Assembly: GCF_009834535.1 (NCBI RefSeq)
Contig: NC_045697.1
Coordinates: 30,816,001 to 30,880,000 of the forward strand
DNA from: Camelus ferus
Taxonomy: Eukaryota
Reading direction: 5' to 3'
DNA: 64,000 nt
This document shows positions 42,241-54,700 of this stretch, in pieces. Below the pieces are notes generated by a model, which saw only the letters and a program-made list of their open reading frames with translations, made no database searches and was not told where the DNA came from. Within the stretch, counting starts at the first letter, position 1. Each line of letters starts with the position of its first letter. The position numbers were made by a program, and so were the translations under genes.

Positions 42241-42317
42241 TTTACTGAGAAATAGCTCTAGTTTCTGTCTTCCCACTCCAATACTAACACTGGCCTTTGT
42301 CATTTTTAGACCTTTAA

Positions 42318-42343
42318 AAACAACAACAACAACAACAACAACA
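42318..42343. repeat. (CAA)n microsatellite
   Basis: Read directly. Confidence 0.9.
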
Positions 42344-44175
42344 AAAACCCAATAGAGTCTATCTGCAGCGTCATTCCTTCCAGACCACCCAACACACTTC
42401 CAGGCTTATCTTCCTGAGATTCTTCTTTGGAGATGCCACTCCCCTATGATGATTTGGCTCCTAACCGGCCCAGTTAGAGATATACATGGGCATCATGCTT
42501 GAATGAGAAATTGGATGAGATGAACTCTAAGATGCTTTTCAAATATTCGATTCAATACCCAAATGACTCATCTTGGCATTTAAAATGCTCTGTAATCATC
42601 CAAATTTACATCATATTTCTTTCAAGTTTCCCTCTGCTCCTGGCCAGTTTCCTTAAGAACTCTCAAATGAACCACACTTACTTTCACCACGTTTTCAGCT
42701 GGTTACCTTCAACGCCCTCCTGACTGCTGAAGTAGATGGCAGTAACTTGGGACCTTTGAACCTGGGTACCCGGACTGACCTGCAGGCCAGCATCATCCAG
42801 CATTACCTGTGAGCTTGTCAGAAATGCATCTCCAGCCATACCGATTTAGAAGTTGCATTGAGCAATATTCCCAGGTGACTCGTGTGCACCTTAAAGTTTA
42901 AGAAGCCTTGTGTGAGCACTCACTTCAAATCGTTTCCTCAATGGGAAGTCTGCGCGGCAGGCCTCCTGTTCCTATGTCTTGATCTTCCACAGATCTTTGT
43001 TAACCATAGCAAGCAAGTCATTTAATTAATAACATCCCTTCTTAGACTATTTATTTTTTATTTCATGGAAGTCCTTTCTCCCTAATTTGGTTGTAAATAA
43101 CTTGCACATAGAATAGCCCTGCATCCGGCCAACCTGGATAGAGGGAAAGGAAACCCATTCAAGTTACTTCAAGGGAAAAAAGAACCTGTTCTAAGGCTAC
43201 CTGGGAACTGGGACTAGAAGAGTCAGGGAGGGAGATGCTCCAGGGTCTGGCCACCGTCTCTCAGCATCTGTGTCTCTGCCTCACTCTCTCCATCCAGTCC
43301 ATTGTCTCTCCTCTCTCTCCCTGTTCACGCAGTTTCTGCTTCTCATATCAGCAGCACGTGCATGACCCATCACAGCCAGCTGTTCTCCCCCCTCCCAGCC
43401 TATTCTTCTCTGCCCCTTTCAGGTTCCACTTCCACTCTCTGAGCTTCACTTTTCCCATGAGAGACATAATCATCACAGAGCATCTTTCTGAGCCAAGTCA
43501 CCAGGTTACAAGTGTCTGAGACACCTGTGGATTGTCTGCCCTTGGGTCAGAAGCCTACCCTGGTCCAAGCAACTGGTGTCAAGGGGGATGCAGTTGAGAA
43601 CAAGGCTCTTTAGGCAGCAGGTCAAAAGAGACTATTTCTTAGGAAAGAAAAGTGTGGGCAGAGCAGGCAATGAGCCACATCACCAGCCCACAGAATCATT
43701 ATTTATGTTGTCCTCACCACAGTCCTGAGCAAAACGCTAAGCACATAATAAACTGAAACCAACCAATATGGGAGGAAGGGTTGTTCACCAAGTGCCACTA
43801 TGCCCCTGGCACTGTGCCGGACGCACAGGGAGTGGAAACAGTCTGTTGACTGTTTTAATAGTCTTAAATAAGACAATCTAAAGTCATATTTTAATTAAAA
43901 AGTCAAATTTTAATTAAAAAATAAAGTCACGCTTAACTTATTTAATAGTCTTAAACAAGAAACAGTTATTGTTTCCCAGAGCTCCTAATTTAAATGTGTC
44001 ACTGACCTAGCTACTTGACCTTGGACAAGTTATCTCAACCACCTGGGCCACAGCTTCCTCAACTGACAGATGGGATCATCTTCACCAACCTCCAGAATAC
44101 GATAAGGTCCTGTAAGGTAACCCTTCTAAAAAAGCTTTAAAAAATACACATGCTATATTCAATTTCTTTTAATGA

Positions 44176-44308
44176 GCTGTAATGGAAAAGAATCTGAAAA
44201 AAAATATACGTATGTGTATGTAGAACTGAATCGCCTTGCTGTACACCTGAAACTAACATTGTAAATCAACTACACTTCAATAAAAAATAAGAATTAAAAA
44301 AAAAAAAC
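44176..44308 (+). mobile_element. Short L1 3' terminus
   Basis: aatggaaaagaatctgaaaaa..actgaatcgccttgctgtacacctgaaactaacattgtaaatcaactac plus an A-tail. Confidence 0.8.
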
Positions 44309-44509
44309 AATACTGTAGCCTCTCAACACTTAACAAAACCCTCTCAAATGGCACAGGTTTTACATTGCTTTTTGTTCCTGTCTCTTTTCCCATTTCCCAC
44401 AATACAGAAACCAACTGCTATCATTGGACAGAACAATCCCAACTATTACCACTATATGTTCATTACTTATATGGCTCATTCAAATGATGATTAAGGAAAT
44501 TCATTCACT

Positions 44510-45707
44510 GTTATCAAAAAGACAACAAATAACAAGTGTTGGCAAGGACGTGGAGAAAGGGGAACCCTTGTGCATTGTTGGTGGAAGTGTAAATTGGTGC
44601 AGCCACTATGGAAAACAGCATGGAGGTTCCTCAAAAAATTAAAAATAGAACTACCATATGATCCAACAATTTCTTTCTGCATATTTATCCAAAGAAAACA
44701 AAAACACGAATTAGAGAAGATACATGTATCACTATTTTCACTGCAGCATCATTTATAATAACCCAGATATGGAAACAACCTAAGTGCCCATCAAGAGATG
44801 AATAAATAAAGATGCATGTGTGTGCATGTGTGCGTAAAATGGAATATTACTCAACCAAAAAAGGAATGAAATCTTGCCATTTGTGACAACATGGATGGAC
44901 CTAGAGGGTATTATGCTAAGTGAAATAAGTTAGAGAAAGACAAATACTGAATGATTTCACTTATACGTGGAATCTAAAAAACAAAAGTAATGAACAAACA
45001 TAACAAAAGAGAAACAGACATAAATACAGAGAACAGATAGTGGTTGCCAGTGGGGATAGGGGTGAGGGGATGCAAGGAATAGGTGAGGAAGATTAAGAGG
45101 TACAAACCTCCAGTTTCAAAATATATGAGTCACAGGTATGAAACGTACAGTGTGGGGAATATAGTCAATAATTATGTAAGACCTTTGTATGGTGAAAGAT
45201 GATAACTAGACATGGTGATCATTTTGCAATGTATTGAAATACTGAATTGCTATGTTGTGTAACTGGAACTAACAGTGTTGTATGTCAATTATACTTCAAA
45301 AACAAACAAACAAACTCATAGAAAAAGATCAGGTTTGTGGTTACCACAGGTGGAGTGTAAGGGGAGGGGAAACTGAATGAAGGGAGTCAAAAGGCAAAAA
45401 GTTCCAGTTATAAGATAAATAAGTACTAGGGACGTAATGTATAACACGATACATATAATTATGTTTACATACAAAAGTTGTATGTTATACATGAAATTTG
45501 TTGAGAGCAAATCTCAAGAAAAAAATTTTTTTCTATATCTTTAATTTTGTATCTATATGAGTTGATGGATGTTCACTAAATTTAATATGGTAATCATTTC
45601 ATGATATATATAAGTCAAATTATCATGCTGTACACCTTAAACTTACACAATGTTGTATGTCAATTATATTTCAATAAAACTGGAAGAAAAAATAAGAAAA
45701 AAGAAAA
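44510..45707 (+). mobile_element. L1 3' region (L1MA9-like ORF2 end and compound 3' UTR)
   Basis: ORF 44570-44758 reads [31 protein letters not shown]. The 3' UTR ends tcaataaaactggaagaaaaa. Confidence 0.85.
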
Positions 45708-47044
45708 TTCATTCATTTCAGAAGCATAAAAAAGAATACATTTTTACTGTGTACATTTTAAAATAACAGTATCATTTATTCAAATGTGCATCCCAAACAG
45801 TAATGCCCTGTGTATTTTTTCATTATATTACAGATAACAGTAAGTACATACTAAATTCCTAAGTAGGACACAGGTTAGTTTTGACTCGTTGTGGCCTTTT
45901 CCCCACAACAGTTATTGAGTATTTCCTAAGTGCCATAATCAGAAAATCATAGCTATTAGAGCCTAGAACTCCCTTTTTAACATGGGGACTCTGAGGAAGG
46001 AAAATAATAACATGGTCTGCCTCGAACCCCTGCAATTCGATTCTTCTAACTTCCATTTATTATTATTTTTTCTAAAACCACTTTGACACTTGTCAAATAT
46101 TAAAGGGTGAAGTTGGGGAGGTGTGTAGGGGTGAAGGATGGACATCAGTGATGATGGCAAGACAGATTAGTTCATAAAATACGTTACGCCACCCTTTGCA
46201 GGATTCAAGCATGGGTTTATGGGAGAGAAAACAAAACAAAACTCGAGATATGTATAATCTTGGCTTTGTCGTGAGCAAAATGAAAAAAATATTTACCAGG
46301 TGACTGTCACATGCTGTGCAGGATGCCGAGGGCTCCTCGGAGAGGATGAGGAACATCTGGACCCTCCAAAAGCTTACTTCCCTTTACCCTCGGGCATCTG
46401 TTGCTCATTGCTGACAAGTGTAGCCATTCAACAGCTGGTCCCCGGTGGAGCAAAGAAAACAGCTTCCACCTTGCTAAAAAGTCAGCTCACCTGGCCAAAG
46501 CGCAGGTATCAGGCGAAGGGAAAAACGAAAAACAAAACCTCTGACACTTGAGACGGCAGCTGGGTGAGACTCGGCTGCAGGAGGCAGAACTGCAGAGACT
46601 AACGCACAGCACACGCCGAGCGACCAACCCCAGCGACGGCTCCTCTAGCTAGGAGGGGCGAGGGGCTGTGGATCAAAGAATCCTGCAGCCTGGGAAGAGC
46701 AAATCCGCTTCTCAGGGACCCATGCTGTGGGGGCTGCACTAGGGTGGGCGGCGGGTTGGGGATGTGCTCCCTAGAATGAAGAGGCAGAGTGGAGACAGGG
46801 AGGTTCGTGCGCTAGTGGGGAGGGAGGTGGGCAGGGCGAGAGCGCTCGGTGACAGACCGAAGAGTCACGCTGCAGTGTAAAGCGAGCCTTGGGGATCCCG
46901 CCGAGGACACCAATTCCGGAGCTCTGCAGCTGGGAAGGGGTCTGCCAGGGCACCGAAAGCGGCGCTGGGAGAAGGTTTCACTAGGGATCAGTCGCGACAG
47001 CTAGACTTTCTTGGGGGAGAGGTGGGACGGGGGATCTCTTCCCC

Positions 47045-47045
<1 letters not shown>

Positions 47046-47089
<44 letters not shown>

Positions 47090-47091
47090 AC
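47046..47091. repeat. (AC)n microsatellite at the start of intron 1
   Basis: Read directly; one interruption. Confidence 0.95.
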
Positions 47092-47167
47092 CGCCAGACC
47101 CCAGGCTGGCTCCAAGCCGTCCCCGCGCGCGCTCCCCACCCAGCCCGGTGCTGCGGCGGCCACTCAC

Positions 47168-47216
47168 CCTCCGCGCGGGAGCGGATCTCCGACACGGTCC
47201 TCCGCATGGTGGGCAT
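47168..47216 (-). CDS. ATP8A1: ATP8A1 coding exon 1 (49 nt; MPTMRRTVSEIRSRAE-G)
   Basis: ATG at 47216-47214. The translation matches the recalled ATP8A1 N-terminus. Followed by donor G|GTGAGT (actcac at 47162-47167). Lies in the CpG island. Confidence 0.97.
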
Positions 47217-47560
47217 CCCGGCAGCCGCCGCAGGTGGGTCTTCCGACCAGACTCTGCACCTGTCACGGCGCCGCGCCGAGCGCTCAGCAGCCGCGCGGGC
47301 CCAGCCGTCCGCCTAGAGCTGCGCCGCTGCCGGCGCGGCCCTACCGCACCGGCAGGAGAAGGAAGAGGCAGCGAAGGTGGCGGCGACCGCAGAACTGGGC
47401 GAGCTCAGCCTGCAGACGCGGAGGGGGCGGCCCGGGGAGGGGCGGAGCTCGGACGCCGGCGCCGGGGGAGGGGTCGTCGGAGCGCGCGCTCACTCGCTCC
47501 CGCGGAAGCGCGGCCGGGAAGGCGGGAGAGGGGCGGGGAGATACCTGGGAGAGCCCCCCT

Positions 47561-47604
47561 CCGCCCCGCCCCGCCCCGCCCCGCCCCGCCCCGCCCCGCC
47601 CCGC
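47561..47604. repeat. (CCGCC)n pentanucleotide array, ~8.8 units (tandem Sp1/KLF GC boxes)
   Basis: Perfect ccgcc repeats read directly, ~350 bp upstream of the ATG. Confidence 0.95.
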
Positions 47605-49293
47605 TAAGGACCGTACCACCCCTGCGGCGGTGGGGGGGGGGGAGATCAGCTACCGGCCTCTGGGCTCCGCCCAGCGGCTTCGGCTCGACCTGTCCTTCGT
47701 CAACACCTTTGCGATTCTCCCCTCTTAGCCGGAGAGGAAGGGGTGTTCCAGCTCCTGCTTCCTCGGACATCCCCTCCCGCCACCCTCTGGTTTTAATAAC
47801 AATGGAGTCGCCCGTGGTCGGAAAAGTGGGGTTGGGTCTGAGTGGGCGGGAGAGGCCAAAGGGCTTGGGGTGAGGAGGTTTAAGGCCTTGCTTGAGCAAG
47901 GACAGGGGACCGCGTGTTCGCCCCTGGCAGCCCTCGGGGCCTGAGCCACACTTGCTTCTTCGCGTGGCCCACGAGCAACAGGCTCTGAGGTCGGGGCTCC
48001 CCAGGCGCCAGGGCTCCTCCTGCCCGCGGTGCTCGCGTGCGTCAGGGCCGGCGCCTCCCGCCCGTGCGTGCTGTGCAGCCTGCCCAAGCTGTGGACTTGA
48101 AATAAAATCAACTGTTGGGTCAGGTGCTTCAAAAAGGACTTTGTTGTTTTGGGTTTTAGGTTTTAGTCAAACCTGCAGGAAGTTGGGGGCAGTAGTTTTA
48201 CCTGAGAAAGGGAGAGGAGTCCTAGTGTAAAATCCATAAGTACAGTAAATTTTCCTTTGCTTCACATCCTAGAGATAATCACAACCTTGTTGCCTTTTAT
48301 TTTGTATACAGAGATCTATGCTAACAAGTTATCAAAGCAAGTTCCGTGTTTTTTATTTATCGCGTATTTCATCTTTAAGTTATGTAAGTTTTCATGTATT
48401 TTCTGATGGGTGGCTCAGATGGCAAGAAAGGAATAAATTAAATTAGAAGCAATTTGCTTCTTCCCTTATCTTATGCTCTTCCTCCAGTACTAGATGGAAG
48501 AGCCTTACATGGAGGCCTTTTATGTAAACAGCTTTCAGGTTCTTAGGGGAGAGATCTGGAGAGGCTTGAACAGAGAGTGAAGTGATTATTCCCAAGCCTC
48601 AAGTAAAAATAAAATAAAGCCTGCTAATAGCATCTTATCTCTATTTGTGGTATTTCCTCTGCCTCCTGCAGGTAGCATTTGCTAATCAGCACCCTGCCCT
48701 ACATTAATACTGAGTCAGGCAGTCGATGCATATTTATGAAGAACCCCCTCTACTTGGCTCTGATTCAGAGGCTGGGGTTAGAACAAAGAAAATGTATTTC
48801 CAGTGTTCATGAAACATTGCAGGATAGAGCAGGTCTCAGGTAAATGTGTTTGTTTCAGTGATGGTCTTGATTTATAAGTACGGTCTTCTAAAAGTAGGAA
48901 ATGAACACACAGCCTTTTTAGGACAGTCATCACTGGCACTTTTTATTCCTTCCAGGTCCAGGATCTCCTTGTACAAAACAGACTCCCTCTGGCTCGATGA
49001 ACATGTGTCTGAAAAAAATTAAAAGGGTAAGTGCCACAAGGAAATTAAAAAAAAAAATCAGCTTTAAAATTTAGTGAACAGAAACCATAGAAAATGCAGT
49101 TCTTTTACTGTTAACAATTTAGGCATAATTGTGTATAAAGCCAGAACCAGTTTTTTTTCAAAGTCAGTGCGCAGCAGCATGAATATTTCATTTATGGCAA
49201 TCACCTTTGTAATTCCTATGGGCCCTCCAATGAAGTTCAATTCTGCTTATTTGCAAATAATAATTAACTGAATGGAGTTCCAGAGATAATACC

Positions 49294-49367
49294 GATACTG
49301 GGGATTGAACCCAGGACCTCGTGCATGCTAAGCATGTGCTCTACCACTGAGCTATTACCCACTCCCC
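49294..49367 (-). mobile_element. Tailless tRNA-Ala(AGC)-like/Vic-1 head retrocopy
   Basis: Minus strand reads GGGGAGTGGGTAATAGCTCAGTGGTAGAGCACATGCTTAGCATGCACGAGGTCCTGGGTTCAATCCCCAGTATC with no A-rich tail. Confidence 0.75.
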
Positions 49368-51079
49368 ACTCACACCCAAGAACAATCTATTTAATATGTC
49401 TCTGTGTGTGTGTGTATCCCATTAACAACCCATCAGCAAAATTGACAACATACTCATACAAGAAATGGCAACAGTCTCGGACACAGAGAACATTGCATGA
49501 TGTAGTGTGCCCTTTCCCAAGTTGTGTTAATTGCTTTATCCACAATGGCAAGAGTATCCTGCCTAACTCATTTCTGAAAAACCATTCATTTCCTGATTGC
49601 TGGAAATCACGTATGTTTTTATTGGCTCAGAACCCTGGTTGAAGTTGAGAGTATTGTACTAATCTGCATGGACTTGATTTCAAAGTCCTCTCAGATCTCC
49701 TCGTCTTCCATTGTTGTGAGAGGCACAGTGTGCCAGCCCCTGGCAAGGAACTCTTGGTTCCAGCAACATGACCTTGTCACAGAATCTGTAATACAATTCA
49801 GATGTCAGCAAGATTGCTTAAAAACTTTCAGGTCCTGTGACTACACTCCTGATGGACTTAGAAAGCGAGGGTTATTGAGGGACAGCTTTTCAAAGGACCA
49901 GATTTTATCATCCTCCACAAAGTATCCATGAATGCATAACATGTGAGGTGTGAGCCAGGGTGCTAGGTTACAGAGATACTTAATGCATTTGTGAAAGTAA
50001 CCAGCAGTGTAACAAGATGACTGACACATAATGCCAAAAAGACAAAGAGCAACGACCACAAACATTAAGGGAGGGGGAGATTCCAAGAGCTTGGGTGATC
50101 AACCTAGTTGAGCTAGGTTTTGAAGTAGGGGTTAAGTCTGTAGCAATGAAAAGGAGACATCATTCCAGGTAGGAATGCTTGGTATATAGTAAGTACTCAA
50201 TAATGATTTTCTAATGAATGATTAAGGTAAATGAGATGACAGAAGAGCCTCTATGTTTGGGGGAAACAAAAGAGACTAATTTGTTGTGTACAGGGAACTC
50301 ATTGGGAATCTGTACACTTTAAACAGGTGAATTGTATGGTTTGTGAATTATACTTTAATAAAGCTGCTTAAAAAATTGTCTCCAGAGGTGTGAGCCACAA
50401 AAATGATCAAGTCCAGAAAGTCTAAAAGAGATGTCAGAGCATATTCCTATCTTGATGGGTTTTCACTTACTAAGTACCTGGTGTTGCCTGAGTTTGTTGT
50501 TGTTGGGGACACCAAGAATTAAGAATTGGTCCTCCTTAGGAGGAACTCATAGTTAACTAGGTGAGAGAGGCATGCTGACTACTTTTCTAATTTATAATAC
50601 ACTTAGAAGTGCTTTGGGAACTTACGGCCTGAAGGTAGTTGAAGGGGTTCCTGGGGATCCTGCTTCTGATTGCAACTGAAGATTGCGAAGTTGAGAACTG
50701 TGCTGCCATGGAACACAGGTGCTGGACAACACTGGCTACTGTACTCTAAATTCTTTTGCAGAAACACAAAATAATTGAGTAAAACAATCTTAAACTTTGA
50801 TAATTACATCTTTTAGTTTAAAACTGAGGTTTAGATATAACATAAAATTCTATCAATTTGCAAAACTACCTGGTTGTTTTAAGAGAAGGTGCTTATTGCC
50901 TTTGGTGCATAGTTTGTGTTACGTTGATTCAATGGATGGTGTATGGTTAAGAGATTATTATGTTACTGGACTTGTAAGGCATTTTCCCCAAGTCTTCGCA
51001 TCCTGATTTTCTTTTGCTGTCACCGCCCACACCCTTCCAATGCATGAGCAAGTTCTTTAGGCTCAGTTTAAAAACATGC

Positions 51080-51700
51080 ACACTTAATTCTATTCACGTT
51101 TCACCTCTCCCTCTACCACCTTGTACAGGCCACCGTCAGCATTCACCTGAAATGGACTCCTAACTGACCTCCCTGCTTTTACTTTTGTCACCCATTCATT
51201 GTTATTATTATGATTATTATTTTAGAACACCAATGAGTTTTATTATTATTTTAAAAACCAAATGAGTTAATGTCTATTATTATTTTAAAGCACAAGTGAT
51301 TTTTATTTTAATTATTTTAAGACACAAATGAGTTTATACCATTTCCTAAGACTTCAGTGGCTTCCCATAGCACTTGGAGTGAAACCCAAACCCTTTCTGA
51401 TCCTTCCTTGCCTGCTTCTCAGACTCCTCTCCTTCTGCCCCCTGTTTGGTCCATGGCCTCCCATTGTTTCAGCCCAGCCTGGCTAATATTGCCCCACTCC
51501 CCCTAGTGCCAGCCACCACCACGTTCCCTTATTCTCTTTTCCTCATAGCATTTATCTCTGAAGTTTTCCTGTTTGTTTACCTGTTCATGATAAATAGGTC
51601 TTGCTGTATTTGTCTTACTTATTGCAGTTTATCTGACTTTAAGAACAGTGTCTGTCACATAGCACAGGATCAATAAATATTTGTTGAATGAATGAATGAA
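51080..51700 (+). mobile_element. L2 fragment ending in a (TGAA)n tail
   Basis: ctcctaactgacctccctgct..ggcttcccatagcac..caataaatatttgttgaatgaatgaatgaa. Confidence 0.7.
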
Positions 51701-54700
51701 CTGAAAAAATGTGTGTACTGTGAATGATCTGGTTCCCTAAGATTGGAGACTGGAAATAAGTCAAAGAATAGGTAGCATTTTATTGGGATAGATAATAAGT
51801 TATACCCTTCCTAAGCATAAATACAATATTACTTTGTCATGAAATAATTTAGAACATATTTGCTATGAATTAATTGATATCAGAAAAATCTTCTGAGTAC
51901 CATATTCGCTTTTATTAAAATCAAGTGATCAAACTTTAAAAACAAACTGACTTCAACCAAAAGCTCTAAATTCATTGTCACTGAGTAATCCAGTCACTTA
52001 TTCTTACTCATAATGATAAAATCAATACTTTCCTCTCATGTCTGTAATTCATTTCTTATGACTCTATTATCATTCCCTTTTCAAACACCTTAGCAAGGTT
52101 TTTAATTCTGAGTTATAATGTCTTTAAACGTTGTTATCTTCTTCATGTCCTGGGATTTTCCAACAAAAAAAGTACAATGGTTTTTTTCTTCACTGTAATT
52201 GAAAATACTTTGTTCCTGTTTAAATGAAACAAGGTTTAAAGTGTGAATTTTTTATTATATAAAAAAATTCTTAATAGAAAACATTTAAAAATATCCTCCA
52301 GTACATTTAAAATAGTGTTCAATTCACACACAATTTTTTAGGAAAAACATTTACTGAAATTTTTACTCAAAAAGTAAATGAGCATTCAAGGCAAAACAGT
52401 CCTAGTGTTAAGATTTGACTTCAAACTTATAATTTCAGATTGATAAGAGACTGATTAAATGGCATGATTTTTACTTTAAAATTTCCTTCCTACCAGAGCC
52501 AGGAAGTGAAAATTAATGGATAATATATTTAGTGTAACATTTTCATTAATTTTGGCATTTTAAAAAGCAGCTTTATTGAGATATAATTGACAAACAATAA
52601 ACTTAACATGTTTAAACTATAGAATTTGACAAGTTTGGTGTATATATATGTATATATGCCTACAAAGCCATCATTACATTCAAAATAATAAACATATCCA
52701 TCTTTTCCAGAAGTTCATCTTGCCCCTTGGTATGGTTCTGTACAACTTGAGATACTTCTTCTTCATACATTCAGTGCAATTTATTGAGTGCCCACCGTAT
52801 TCTAGAGACTGTGCTGGGTATCTGAGATTGAATGGTCAGCTAAACCAATAGATTCTGACCCATAAAAAATTATGACACTCATCAAATAGTTATGTAAGTA
52901 AATAAATATAAAATCACAAGTGCATATCACACTCTAATGGAAAGGTAGTCCACACCTGTATGTATTGATTGTACCTCAAAATATTTCTGGGCTTTCATAC
53001 ATGTATCTGGAATGCTTCAGAAATATTTATATGTACTTTTGTAATATATCTGAAAATGCACAGTAACAATTTGTTTCTATTGGATGTTACAGCTTTTATC
53101 TTGAAAATGGTGTCCATATTTCTTATATGGAAAGAATTGCCAGTGAAGACTGGAAATTATTTATAATTTATTTCTTTGTTGTTAACCAGAAAGCCAATAT
53201 TAGAAATGAAAAAAAAAACCTCCTGAGAAAAATCTTGCTTTTTTTTTTTCTTTTTTGCTGTGTCGTATGAGGTGTTATTTCAAGGGAGGAGAGGTGATAA
53301 TAATGAGGTAAAAGTACAGAAAGAGGAATTTTTATCAAAAATTGAGTATAGCAGCAAATGAGATAAATAAATGTGGTTATCAAATACAATTTTGTAATTC
53401 CATAACTCTTAATTTGGAAAGAACGCCAGGCTTAAACAAGATGGTGTCCTGATTAATTGAAAAAAGCCATGGCTTTCAAATATGAAATATTTGCCAATTG
53501 TACTTGGCCCTCTTGGGTGATATATTCTCTTCTTAGGTTCATAATTCACTGCAGCGTTTAGCAGATTTACTGGAAAATCACAATGTTGTTGTTTTTTTCC
53601 CCTCTGACCCCCCCCCCCCAAAATCTCAGAAACAACATCTGCCAGAAAGAGGAATCATTTATCTCTTTGAACTCTGAGGAAATCTACCAAATGGAGAAAG
53701 AGAGTCAATACTTAACCCAAGACTACATTTTAGTATTCACCCCAAAGAAAGAGGCCAGGGGGAAAAACACTATAAAGAAAAGCTGTAAATAAGGTGAACC
53801 AACTATAGATTGAAGACTTGTAGAAGTGGACGTATTGGAGGCTAAGAGCAAAGTGAGCTAGTGCCAAGTATGAGAGCAGAGGCTTGACCTTTTGAATAGA
53901 TCTGCTTGCCTATTCCAGCCTGACATGTCAGCTCCTCTGCCCTGCCTGTGTTCTGTTGTCTGTTTTTCATTCGATCTGAACTCTTAAAAATGATCTTTGC
54001 CTGTTAAGTTGGAACCTCTTTCCTCCTGTTCCTGAATCCAGGCTGTTCTGACTCCAGCTTGCTTCCCTGGCTTCCAGCAGCCATATCCCCTCTAACTGAA
54101 ACAGCTGTAATCTGTTGTCTGCATAGCGCCTCAAAGTTTCCAGTGCCCCTTAATTCAGTTCCATGCCTGCATCTAGCCCCTGTTGGCGTCTCCTGACTTA
54201 CTTTTGATCTAAAATGACAGTGCAGGAGGAAAAAGGAGACCTATAGGTTGGGAAATACTGGAAAATAAACTTGAGTAAGTACATGGGAACCAAATTATGG
54301 AGGACCATGCAGATTGCAAAGGTGATGGAATGAATGCACAAGGTGAAAGGGAGTTACAGTTGTGGCTCTAGGACACAGGATAAAACTGTGTTTTAATAAG
54401 GTTTTTTGTGTTGGTAATAGAATACGGAGCAAGGATTAGAAGTAAAGAGGTCAGGCTGAAGATGACAAAGATCTGCTCAATTAACAGAGGAAACGATGTT
54501 TTAAAAACTCAAGCTTGAATATAATATGAGGCATTTTAGTAATACTTAGGGTGCTATGAGTAAAGGACAATAGTCTGTTTATCTAAAAATATAATCTTTT
54601 CTATGTAGTTACAGATATAAGTATAGCTATGGATACAGCTGTGTTTGATCTTTTTAGATGTTGGGTTGATTTCTTATTGAACCAGAAATTCTGACATTCA

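Larger units (their letters stand above)
46550..48080. promoter_or_regulatory. CpG island and TATA-less promoter of ATP8A1, including the 5' UTR
   Basis: Very high GC and CpG density around exon 1, with many GGGCGG/CCGCCC GC boxes. The exact TSS cannot be determined from sequence. Confidence 0.9.

Noticed and set aside
47022..47899. Long ORFs (283, 164 and 164 aa) across the CpG island
   Set aside because: They are low-complexity Pro/Arg/Gly/Ala translations of GC-rich and microsatellite DNA that lacks stop codons. The only real coding part is the 49-nt ATP8A1 exon 1.
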